The notes under the pieces were generated by a model that was not told the DNA's origin, searched no databases, and saw nothing but the letters and a program-made list of their open reading frames with translations. Positions 37,201 to 49,200 of a stretch of 64,000 nucleotides of DNA are shown here, piece after piece (within the stretch, counting starts at the first letter, position 1; every line of letters begins with the position of its first letter). The DNA comes from Eutreptiella sp. 'Long Island Sound 2002' (lineage: Eukaryota; Protista; Euglenida): contig OZ038378.1 in the NCBI GenBank assembly GCA_964036045.1, forward strand, positions 32,798,001 to 32,862,000. Reading direction: 5' to 3'. A program made the translations under genes and the position numbers.

Positions 37201-40200
37201 TGGGCGCACAGGTCATCAACCGTGCGCCGGTCCAGGGTCGCTGCAACCACCTGGCCCATGTGGCCCGCCTTCTGCTCATGCTCCAGCTTGCTCCGTTTGC
37301 GTGGTACCGGCATTGCACAGGGCGTTTCCTCGTCCCCTTCATCCTCGATCTTGACATACGTGCGCCCCCCCAAACACCCCAATTATTGCTTCTGCTTATA
37401 CTCGATCTTCTTGTGCTGTGCATGTCGCAATGGTGGCGCGGACACCTCTGCACCACCCACAGAAGACAAGGAGCTGATCATCTTTGCTCCCTTGCGGACC
37501 TGCCGCCCATCCTCCCAGCAAATGTGTTCATATTTGCCACACTTGCCATACGCAAACGCTTTGAAGAGCCAAGTACCTGTCCCCGGGGCATTGGTGCTCT
37601 TGTATACCACAGGCAGCACGCAGTTGAGCTTCATAAGGTGTGTCTTGCCCTCCGTCCGCCATTTGATACGCAGTGCGCACTGCTTGCACCACTTGGTATT
37701 GCCTTGTCCCATGATGCACTCCGACACAACTTGGATCCTCACTCATGCCTTCGGTGGTATCGCCCAACACACATGGGACCCCGGTCCAACCCCTGTGACA
37801 TGCATCTAGGACACTTGCTGCCCTTCTGGTGCATCCGCTGCTGCAGGCCCATTGCCCAGGAACGCTTGCGTATCCACCACCAGTGTCGGCCGGACGTCAA
37901 CAATGACCTACAGGGGCAAACCTGTGTGACACACAGTGCAAGTGGGTTCTGAGATGTGATCAGGAACCCCATCAGGAACCCAAACTCAGAACCCCTTCCT
38001 GATCAGGGTCCCTGCCAAGAACCCCATTTTAGGAACCCCTTTCTGATGAGAAACCCCTTCCCAAACGCACTTCTCAGTCGACTTTCTGATCAGGAAGCCC
38101 TTCTCAAAGCCCCTTCCTTGTGGACTTCCTGATTGCATGGGAGACCGATGAACAGACATAATGAAGCATACTGCAGGCACCACAAACCCTCTTGCAAATC
38201 ATGTCAGGCACAGGGCAGTACAGCACGCCTATACAGTCAATACCTGCCTGCATCTGCACCAGTGAGCTCCGTCCTTCGATGTCTCGGTCCGCCAGCCACA
38301 CGTCAACCCCATGCAGGGGTCGAGCATTGGCTACAGTGGATGTCCCATGTCCCAACGCACGATGGCGGCGTGCTCGTGGTCTCGACCCATGCCGAAGCCA
38401 CCAAACTAGCACCTCAGTGCCATGATATACCCAAGAGGAACCCTGCTCACCGTGATGTTGTGATCCTTGGCTGACTCCAATGTCTCGGCCTCGTGCGCCC
38501 ATGACCCGAGCGGGCACTCATCCCACCTGACATTAGAATGATCATCTGGTCGAAAAGGGTTGGGAGGGGGTGCTGGCAGGGGGTACAAGGCAAGGTGCAG
38601 TGTGGAGGTCAGGACGGGAAGCAGGTGACCCGACTGGAAAACCCAGCGCCCGAGGAGCACTAGCCGCCACACTCGCCTAACTACCAACACTAACCTGTGA
38701 GCACGCCGGGCACAACTCCCCCTCTTGAGTGGCACAGGGCCTCGGCATCCGACAACTGAAGCAGTCCTTCGTGGCTTTCCTCCGACAACCCGAGATAGTC
38801 TAGCGCTCTGGCCCATCAACGTCGTGGCTTTCCTCCAAACCCCAAAACGGAACGTGAACTCCGACCGTGTATGAGTAAGTGACGCTCCGTGGCAATGCCC
38901 AAGAACAGCACTCGTCTCCACCATGACGCCGGCTTGGAAAGAGGTGTACACCCGCCCGCACGGACTAAGTCGCTGTACAAGACGAACAAGGCACCACGTC
39001 ACAGCGGTCCCATGGACGGGGCAAACCCTCACGGTTATGTGGCAAGCAGAGGGTGTCGGTGCCATCAACGGAATACAACTCCTCGTCCAAGGCCGCAAAG
39101 ACGGACACCACCCTGTTCCCATCGGGAAACTTCATCGTGTCGCGATGGTAGGATTGCATTTCACGCGCCTTGGCACCGATTGCGGCCGCTTGGTACGCCT
39201 TGTGGTCCCCACTCCATGTGTTGTTGAACAGGTCGAGAACGAGGTTTGTGAATGACATGAGGGCTTCACATTCATGGTATCCAACACCAGATCCTTCTAC
39301 GTCAACATGAGGATGTCGTAGGGCAAAAATCCTTCTATTGCCCCCGTCCACACCGCGGTGAACCCCCGGAAAGTCATTGAATACAGGGTCCCAAGTGTCG
39401 CATGGTTGAGTTTCAAGGGCTTCCACAACCTTGTCGAGCATCTCCATGGGCACCACTCCTTTCCACAACAAGTGTGCCGTCCCAACCAATTTCTTTGGGT
39501 CTTCATTGAAGGAGAACCCGGAGCGTGATACACCAACCGTGGGCGGGTCTCCCACCCCAACACATGGCAACGGACGTTGCCTCCGTAGTGCCACAATTTT
39601 CCCCGCCATGTGGGATGGGATGGTAATGCCCTCCACCGGATCCACAAAGGCAAGTCCGGAATTGGTTGCCGAACTCCGAACCAGAAAGGTGTCCATCTTG
39701 GAGGCCGGCAATACACGCTCCTTGTGACCAATTGGGGCACTTCCAAAGGCACGACGTGTCATCTCCGAGGGGCTCGGCTTGGTGCTTGCGAAAACCACAC
39801 AATCGTCCGCATCCTCTCCAATCCAATAAACCACATCCTCCTGGGCCCGACCGGTGGGTTCCTTTCCCTTGGCCTTGTCCTTCGGCTTTGGAACGTGCGG
39901 CAAGATCCCCGCAAGGAGGCTCGTAACGTCCGCACTATTGAGGTGGATCAAAACGGCCCGAAGTGTAGGATTGAGCATGAAGGTGGTGTGCACCAAGTCA
40001 CTAACGAGCCTGGGCTCCATCTCTCCAAGAACACTCCGCAGCGCCTCGATACGCTCCAACGTAGTCCCCGGATTGAACTTGACCCTTGTGGGTAGCCCGT
40101 CGATACGGATGGTCTCCTCCACCTCGGTAGGGGCGGCGGTGATAAGACGGCTGCCAAGCGATCATTGGCTTCACGCAACCAACGACCAATGACGGGGGGC

Positions 40201-43200
40201 ACGGGCATGGGGATAAATAATGGACCGAAGGTGCAAAGGAGACGAAAGTGACAAGCAATGGACACGCACACCAAATCAGAAACCCCCCCCCCCCGAGAAA
40301 ACATTTTGGAAACCCCGTTCTGATCATGAATCCCCCCGAATAGTCATTTTGAGAACCCCTGTCTGATCAGGAAGGTAAGCCGAGAAGTCCCGAGAAGGTG
40401 TCCGAGAAGGGGTTCTGGGGGTTTTGAAAAACCGCCCATATGTTGTTTTACCCTAAACCCAGGGACGGCCCTCCCTTAGTTTTCATCCCCCGAACCCCTC
40501 AAGGTGTTTTGGGCCTGCTATACCTCGACGGGGTGGGTCCCCGGGAGGCCAGTTTGGGGGGGGGGGGTTCCCGGTACTAGCTTCCCGGTTGCACCACACC
40601 ACACACTACACGCTTCGAGGTGTAGATTTTCGTTCTGTGGCCTCAACCCTAGCGTTGTAGGGCCATCAAACACCATTGCACAGTAAACCAACAGATTTGG
40701 CGCATGTATAGGCATATATGCTCAATAAATGCGATGACTCCTTGACAGGTGTAGACACTCCAACGATTCATCGCATGGGCTGTACACTGGTCCAGGGTGG
40801 ATGCGATGAATCCTTGGAGGGTGTAGACCCTTCTACTCTTGCTTGGTTCCTGCAGTGCGTGTGGTGTGTGTTCCTTTGCTCGGAGTCCCCTTTCAGCCCC
40901 CTGTGCGCGAGTTGCGCATTCATCGCTGCTCTCGTGGTGTTGTGGTGATGGTGTGTCGTGCTGACGCTCTGCGTGGCGTGTCGGCTTGGTATGCCGGTTC
41001 GGTGCGTGCAGTGGTGTTGTGTGGTGTCTGCGGGTGGGTGGCCTTTGGTGTCTCGGCTTCGTACACCAATGCCCTGGTTATGGTGGTGCTGTGTTATGCT
41101 CGTAGGTGGGTGCCGTGTGGTGTGGCCTTTTGGCACACCGATGCCGTGGTTGTGGGCGTGTAGTGTGGTGTGTGTCGGTGCATAGTGTCTGGTTTGTAGG
41201 CTTGGTGCCGTGCTATGCCCTGTCACGCCCCTCGCGCTCTCCTTGCCTCTGCCTCGCAGAGGAACTGTAGCAGTATACTCCCCCACTACGACATAGGCTG
41301 TTTGTCGCCGAGAAACATGCCACCGTAGGTCCAACATGGTATAGGCAGTGCGTTGATGCGGCCTACCCTTTGGACCTTGTTTAGGGGTAATGATTTATGT
41401 GCAGCCCCCTCCTGGCGTAGCTGGTAGGTCACCATCTCCCATGTGTGTTCCTCGTGAGATCAGCACACCGGCATGTGTCCTAGGTAGGTTAGTATGGGTA
41501 GTTGTATGGTCAGCTGCTGACCATGCTAGGTTATAGTTCGTGGGGCCTATTTACGTGTGCAACACTAGGTCTCGGTTTTGTCCACGCTAAAGCGGAGTCC
41601 CATGTGGTAGGTCACATATAGGTGATCGAAGATATCGAGTAGGGGTGCCTGGTGGGCGGCACGCACCTCTATGTCATCTACGGACACATGGAGGTGTGGG
41701 TCAGGGTGTGGGGACAGGGCTTCGTAGAGTAACATGTCATAGTAGAGAAGGAAAACCGTGCGCTAGACGGGGCAACCCTCTTTCATGCCTCACGGGGGCT
41801 ACATGGGCAGGTCGCAGCCGAGGATATGGAATGTGGCTGGGGCATGGCTGTGTATTTCCGTATTATCCGTAATTTGGGATCTGGTGCTCCTTCCTCCCGT
41901 ATAATGTTATTTTTGAGACGACGGCCGCTGTGTAAATTGCTCTTGCCTAGTGGAAGATGAACCTCAAGATTGGCACGAGAGTAGCACAAAGGAGCTCCAG
42001 ACGTGCGCAATCACCAACACAAGTTTCGAGCCGACAAGCTCCTCATTAGTTTTGTGTGTAGACACCATGGTTTGCAACCCTAAGAATGGCGACACTTTGT
42101 GCACACGCTCAAAGGTGACTAACCGATCACACACCCAAATAAAGAGCTATAAAGCAATAAAAGTGAAATCAGCCCAATTTGAGCCCGTTTGGATCCAGTT
42201 TGATCCCTCCAAAATCCCAAAATACCTTGAAAATGGCCCATTTTGTGCCCAAGAATATGTTAAAAATGGGTCAAAAACCGTTTTTCCAAAAGTGCCGTTG
42301 GACCATTTGGGGTGCTCAAATAGGATAATTGTGCCCATTGTGAGTCCATTTTGACCTAGTTTAGCCCATCTAGCCACATGAATGCACCAAGTAGTACACT
42401 TGTGGCGTACCTAGAGCCGTGTTGCGGAGCCACCTAGAGTCGGGGGACGGGGTGAAGTTAAGATAAGAGGATATGTGTGTGTGGGTGTGGGTGTGAGCAA
42501 GCGGCTATGCCTAGCTCATCGGCCTCCTACCATAGTTCATCACGGCATACCAGCAGTGTGGCATCCACACAAACAAACCACACTCCTACCATAGAAAGAG
42601 AGCAAGGACAAGATCAGAGGTGGCTGGTGGCAAGGAATATTTTTCGTTGTATGTTTAGCTGTGTATTGTGTACATATATGTTGTGGGTCATGGCGTTGAG
42701 TGAAAGCGAGCTGCCCTATTAGTGCATGATAGTGCCAGGTGCCCTAAATTGTATAACAGTAGGGCAATGATTGAACCTCTTAAGTCGTTGTTAGCAAACA
42801 CTTCTCACAAAAAATGGCACATGTTCTTACAGCAACAGCCATAAGACAAAAGGCAGCGAAATCATATGCACACTGTATGGGCACACAGCCTCGGAGCAGG
42901 TCACCCAGGGCAATCAGTACAGCCTGCATGTGTTGGATGATACGCTGTCAGCTGTCAGCCTCACCCTGCCATCAACCCAACCCAGCACTGCTGTAACATT
43001 TGCTGACATACAAGTCCTGTTCCAAGGGGCCACGCCATGCGGAGATGGATGGAGTATGATCATGACAAGCTGCTGCTACACGGTGCCCTGGTACTGCAGA
43101 CCAAAGCCGTTCAGGGTTGCTTTGCGGTGTAAGTTTTAAGTTGTGTTTTTTTTGCTCTAAATGCGAGTCAAGTAATTTTTCATTGCTGCAGATGCGCGTG

Positions 43201-46200
43201 CAAAAAACTGGCATTGGTGCGTTTTGCAAAACTGGGTATTCGCCTTTGCCGCAAAACAAAACAAACAAACAACAGGTCGTACAATCTTTTTTGTACTCGC
43301 GTTTACAGCAAAAACAAAAACACGCCACGTACCATTTTTTGGTACTCACGTTTGCAGCAAAAAAAAAATACATGACATACGTTTTTTTTGTACTCGTTTG
43401 CAAAAAAAAAAACATGACATACGCTTTTTTTGTACTCGCGTTTAATTGACAGTGACAGAGGTGACTATAAAACAGTTTGGCTGCTCCGGCCCACTGGTCT
43501 CCAACATCAGTTGCACCATCAATTGAGACCTAGTCGCTCCTGGCCGTTCTAGCTCATGATTGTGCTGCAGATCTCAGTGCTACCTCCAGTAGCTCTAGCT
43601 CTAGCTTCTTCCGGTTCGACCTTGAATGCGTGGTCAGGAAGAAAAATCCTTCAATGTCATATTCAGCTGCCCCCAGGATGTATGACGTAAACGAAATGAC
43701 CCCCCACCAGCGTAACACAAAATCTTAAGACTCGCTGTCACACATTCTGCAACACTCAAGCTATAACACTTTGATGCAGAGGGCATACCCATCGCTCCAC
43801 TCTGTCCAACTTGCACATTTTCCTTTCGTCTTTGGGATGCAGATGCCCGTCCCAACGATCAGCGGCAGCAAATAACCCGAAAGTATGACAACAAAAGCTG
43901 CAGCCATAGCTCTGGGGAAAGTATTTCCTGGATCCTCCACCTCCCCTGAGGTAGAGGAGCAAGAGTAAGGTGTACGTAAGACCGCAGAGTAAGGTAGGGT
44001 AGAGCAGGGGTACAGCACAGCACAGCAAAAGGAAGTGGCCCAGGGGAGGCATCGATTGCGGTGGCTGTGGTTCCTGTGTTCTAGTGCCAAACGAATTACC
44101 GCAGACACTTGCCAATACACAGGCATCTTTCAGTTCTTTTCCTCGACAGTAAGTAACCAGGCTGTTATCTCGGCATTTGGCAGAAATTCTCGTGTGCTGT
44201 GATTTGTGTTGTCAACAGGAGGTGAACCAACCCCAGCCAAGTTTTTGATGTTCCCCAAATCTGCACCCAAAAATCAACTGTCCACGGACTCAGAAACATG
44301 ATTGTGGCCACAAGTGAGGGTATGTGGGTGTGTGGGAGGTGTGCCATGCGTCAGTCACCTAGTGACACATGGCACACTCGTCTTCTATGAAACTTCACAA
44401 CGAACTGGATGCTGCAGGACACTGGACACTGAACACCACACAACGTGATTTTTGTATGATTCTCCTCCCACTGTCCGTGCACACAGGCACAGTTCAGCAA
44501 CAAACGGACATCTTGCTATGTACATCGCTTTTGCCAGCACTGCATGCTTCGCCTGTTCTGCCTGTGTCAAGCAGCACTGTCACTGCTTAGATTCTTCATT
44601 CTTGCCGCGTCAAACTGGTCTCATCTTACTGCCTTTCGCTCATGGAATCTGAACTATGCCAGTGTGCCCGGACAGTGGGGAAAAAAACATATGCACGGTC
44701 CCAGTCAAACTCACCATCAATGGTGAGCTAGCAGTTGGCAGCGCCAGATCACAGCAAAAAGTGTGCCACGTGTCAGTCACCTTGTGCACAGTCCCACACA
44801 CTTCGTGAGGGAAACAATGAGCCAACAACCAATAAACCCCCTGTGGTCGATACGAGACACGGCAGGGCAGAAGTCGCTGAGCACAAGTCTCCGGACACCT
44901 CGTCAGGCCATTCAATACAAAGACATGTTTGAGGCTAGGCGCCTTTCTGCCAGTAGCATAGGGGAGAGTGTGTGCAGTGTACTTCATATTTGGGAACCCT
45001 GTTGACGCACGCACGCTCGCCCTTTGCTCTTGTTGTGCACAGCGGTATGTTGCTGGGGCCAGAAGTTCTCATGGTTTTAGTCACTCGTTCCGCTTCTGCT
45101 ATCATACCTCTGTAGCCTGGGAGGGGGGTGTTTTCATTGTCGTGGAATACAACACTGCTCTCATGCTGTGACTGGTACCATAGGAGGGAGGATTGTTCTT
45201 TGAGACAGGCGTAGACCGCCTGCTCACACACACACACACACACAGGCATGCTTGGCTCGTCTTCAAGCTGGGTGGGGAGGGTCTCACAACATTGGTTCGT
45301 GCAGGGGGGCCCTGAGCGCACGTTCTCTCTAAGTAGCTGCCAATCATCACACCATGTCCCTGTTGTCCCGTTGGGGGACAGGGTCTCTGGAATCACCCAG
45401 CTGCTGTACCGCCCCCCTCTCCAGTGTGCATGTGTGTGGAGCCAGTGGAGACAGTATGTTATGGTGCAACAGTGTTGCATGGGGTGATGTGGGACAACGT
45501 CGTACATGTAGCGGACTGTACGCGAAGCCTCATGTGGACTGGTGGATAGGCCGCGTACCACCGCTGAGTGTGCCGCTTTTTTAACTTGTTTTGCCGTGTA
45601 CCTTGACACTGTTGCCACTTGAAGCCAGACCGTGAGGGACAAGAGTTCACTGGCCCATGTGCGGCACCATTCCCGTGCGTTGCTGAGCATGCCGAGCAGG
45701 ATGCCTGACAAATATGTGGGGTGGCAACCGGAGGGGATGATGAGGGGTGGGCCCAATTTCAATCCCCAGTTGTGTGTGAGGGCACTGTGCTGAACGAAAG
45801 CTGTTCCCCCTCCCCCCTCCCCCCTCAGGAGGGAGTACCCCAGTGCAGTACAAGACGATTGATAGCAGGTGAACCTGCAGGGGTCTTCTTGGTGCTGTCT
45901 GCAGTCACAGAGCTGCAGAGGGTCTTCTTGGCGCTGTCTGCAGTCACAGAGGACTGCCACGTCCCATGCTGACTCAAGGATGCGGCATACAGTATCAACG
46001 AGGCGTGGGGCGGGTCCATCGGGATAGGAGGATAAGAGGATCCCACACACCCACATACCCTCACTTGTGGCCACAATCATGTTTCTGAGTCCGTGGACAG
46101 TTGATTTTTGGGTGCAGATTTGGAAAACATCAAAAACGGGCAGTGGCGCGGGTCTCTTAACGCTACCTTGCTCCACCACCCCCTCTCGGCCCTACTGCCA

Positions 46201-49200
46201 GGACGCATCCTTAGCGCATCACATATTCGGCTGGGCAGTGGCGCGCGGGCTCTCTCCACGCCCCCCTGCTCCAGCAATCCCACTGAGCTACAACTCAGAG
46301 GCCGTAGCATGAGCCCTCGCATTCGCCGTCGGACCTGCAACCGGGAGGGCACACCGTGGGACACGTTCAACACCTGCGTGCGCGCAACTAGTAGGAAGCC
46401 ACCTGTCTTTCTCGGACCTGCCGTTGACCCCCACCATTCACCTACTCTTCCCTTCACCGTCCAACCACCACCTACGACAGCCCCCACGGCTTGTTTTGGT
46501 GGCCAACGCTCAAGACCGGCGCACAGAGCGCCACCGTGGGTGCCACCGCGGTGGCGTTCCCTTGTCACGCGCCCCTGCCTGTCTCTCACTCCCCTGGTGG
46601 CTCCCTTCCACTTCCGCCTACACCCTCCCGAGAGGTCCCCCTTGCTGCACGGGGTGCCTCCGCGCCCCTCAGCCCCGGTAAGTCTGCTGCGTTCTTCCCG
46701 GCTGGCTAGCGCCGCATCCATCTACACCCATCCACACCCTCCTTGGTCCTCGGGTAAAAAACTTTTTTACCCTATATGTTTCCTTCCACCCAAAATGCTC
46801 AGATTTTTGTGGAGAGTTCAAAAACGGGTGAAAAACATGAAAAAAAATTGACACCCGACCCGACCTCAGGGTCAGACCTTGGCTGCTGGGAGCCATTAGC
46901 TGACAGGTGGAAAAGTTTTTCCTTGAAAAGAATTTTTTACCCCACTTGTGTATGTTCAAAATTATCAGTGTGTCATGGGGATCATTTCAAGGTATGTATG
47001 TGGGGGCACCCCCCGCCCCCCGCCCCCCGGGGTGCCCTCTCAGACCCCCTCCCACCAACAGCTGCCCCCCCCCCCCCCTCCCCTCCCTGGTGGCCTGGCA
47101 TCAGGATTAAAACCTTAGGATGGTAGCTCGCGGGCCACGGGCCCACCGGCTTTGCCGAGTGTGAGTGGGCGGGGGGGAGAGCGAAGCACCCCTACCCCCA
47201 CCTAGTGCAGTGCAGTACAACGCAGTGCGGTGTCGTTGTTACGAGCAAGTGGTACAAGCCCTGAGGGACGCTGCACCCTGCTGATGCACTTAGGAGGAGG
47301 CTGCAGCCGGGTGTGGGTGGCGAGGACGGGACGTGGGAAGTGGCTGTACCGGAGCCTCCGAAAGGCTGAAAAAAAATTCTTCGGCGCATGCGGCGCCAGC
47401 ACTTTCCCCCAAAATCTCAAATTGCAGAAACGCGAGTGCGAGAACTTTTGGTCTGGGTTTGGGTCTGGAGGGGGGGGAGGAGGAGGGGTGGGGTCTGGAT
47501 TCTAACCGGCTGCCCCCCTTGGTAAGGAAGTCATCCTAAAGGACAAACGTGCAGTCCTACACATGTCCACATGCATGGGTGCACATCTGAATCATTCCAT
47601 GATACGGCTCTCCAAAACACGGCGCAACAGATTCGGCGAACACCTGCTAGGCATGAGACGCTGTCAAAGTAGTTAAGGTTCCAGAAAAGGGTGTTGAGGT
47701 AAGTGTTCCAATGGACGTCTGAATTATTTACCAGCTCCTCCCATTGAAACCCCTCAAACCATAGCTCAGGCATAATCTGCGGAATGCCCATGAACACCAA
47801 GAGCCCGAAAGGCAGCATAGTGAACACCATAAGGCCCACGCTGGTTGTGCCCACAATGTCCAAGCCCAAGTAGGCAAAATTGGTGAGCATCTGCGCAAAT
47901 AGGAGCAGTGGAAAGATGGAAGGTTGAGATGCAGAGAATGTGCAGATGGTCACCTCAGACACCTTTCCTTGTGAGGTTCCCCAGCACAGCCAAGTTTGGG
48001 GGCTCGAGTGCGAAGATGGTTTACGAAATGCATGCGGGTCAGGGTCGCTAGCGTACAAATCCCAGACCATGATGCAAAGCCCAGCAGTCTGCTGTTGGTC
48101 TGGCGCGAGCGCGCAGCACAGGCAGGTCAGGCAGGATGAAACTCGAAGGCAACACGCAAGCACACAGACCAGGGACAACATCAGGGTGGCAACGCCACGG
48201 AGGAAAGAGTTGTGCAGTACAGGTATAAGCGGCTTTAGGTACTCCAGAAACAGCGCTGGGTATAGGACATTGTCTGCCACCCCACTGGTCCATGATAGCA
48301 TCCCTAAATGAAGCATCATGTGGGAGGACAGCTGCACTTGGACCACCGAATTCATCCACCCACCTACAATCTGCTTAGTGCCTGAAAGACCACCTCTTTG
48401 TATTCCCTCCCATGTCAAGGGCATGCTGTACCACCCTGGGCCCCCAACACCATGGAGGACCCCATCAGGACATTGATTTGACGCACAGACAAAACAGGCC
48501 AGTAGTGTGAGAGGCCCCAAAGAGCCGGCGGGGTGTTTCCCAAATCAGGTAGCCGCCCAAATTGGGTAGCCGCCCAAAGAGCGACGGGGAAGGCTCCCTG
48601 TGGCCGAAGATGCGCCTCCCAAAACAGAACTTGGGACGCACCGCCCCCCATTTTGGACAAACTGCCCCCATTTGGGACGCATGGCCCCCAAATCGGATGA
48701 CCCGCCCCAATTCGGTCTCCCCCTCCCCTTCCTCCATCCCCTTACAAGGTTTGGCAGTCGGATTGCGGTCTAGAAAGTCACGACAATGGAAACCCCGGCT
48801 CCTTTTGCCCATAACTGGAATGGTCATTCAATCGGACCCATTTGCCCTTCCAAACATGTTCAAGTGACAACCAAGTACAATCACATATCTGAAGCCAACG
48901 CAATTTGCGCGAGCAGCACAGCACCTTCCAAAAAGCCCATGTACGGGCCGAACGCAGCCGTTACCCAAATGACATATCCACAGTCCTCTGGGAACATGGT
49001 GGCAAGCTCAGCGCAAACCAGAGCCTCAGGGATGCTCCACACGAAAGGGAGCACCAGAAACCCACCTGGAAACGAAAAAGGCCAAGGGGAAGGAAATCCG
49101 TCGCAATCCCAACGACACTTGCCCCAACCCCCAAGGCGTTAGTTGGTCCTTGCTTGAAATCGCATTCCGCACAAAGGAAAAAGAAAGAGAAAGGGCGAGG

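Noticed and set aside
44935-46179. 414-aa ORF as a host gene
   Set aside because: No recognisable domain, includes microsatellite-derived CVCVC, and lies between inverted repeats in an intron.
47531-48520. Single 329-aa ORF as the transporter CDS
   Set aside because: It runs through introns 2-4; only the exon 3 and exon 4 portions are homologous to the permease.
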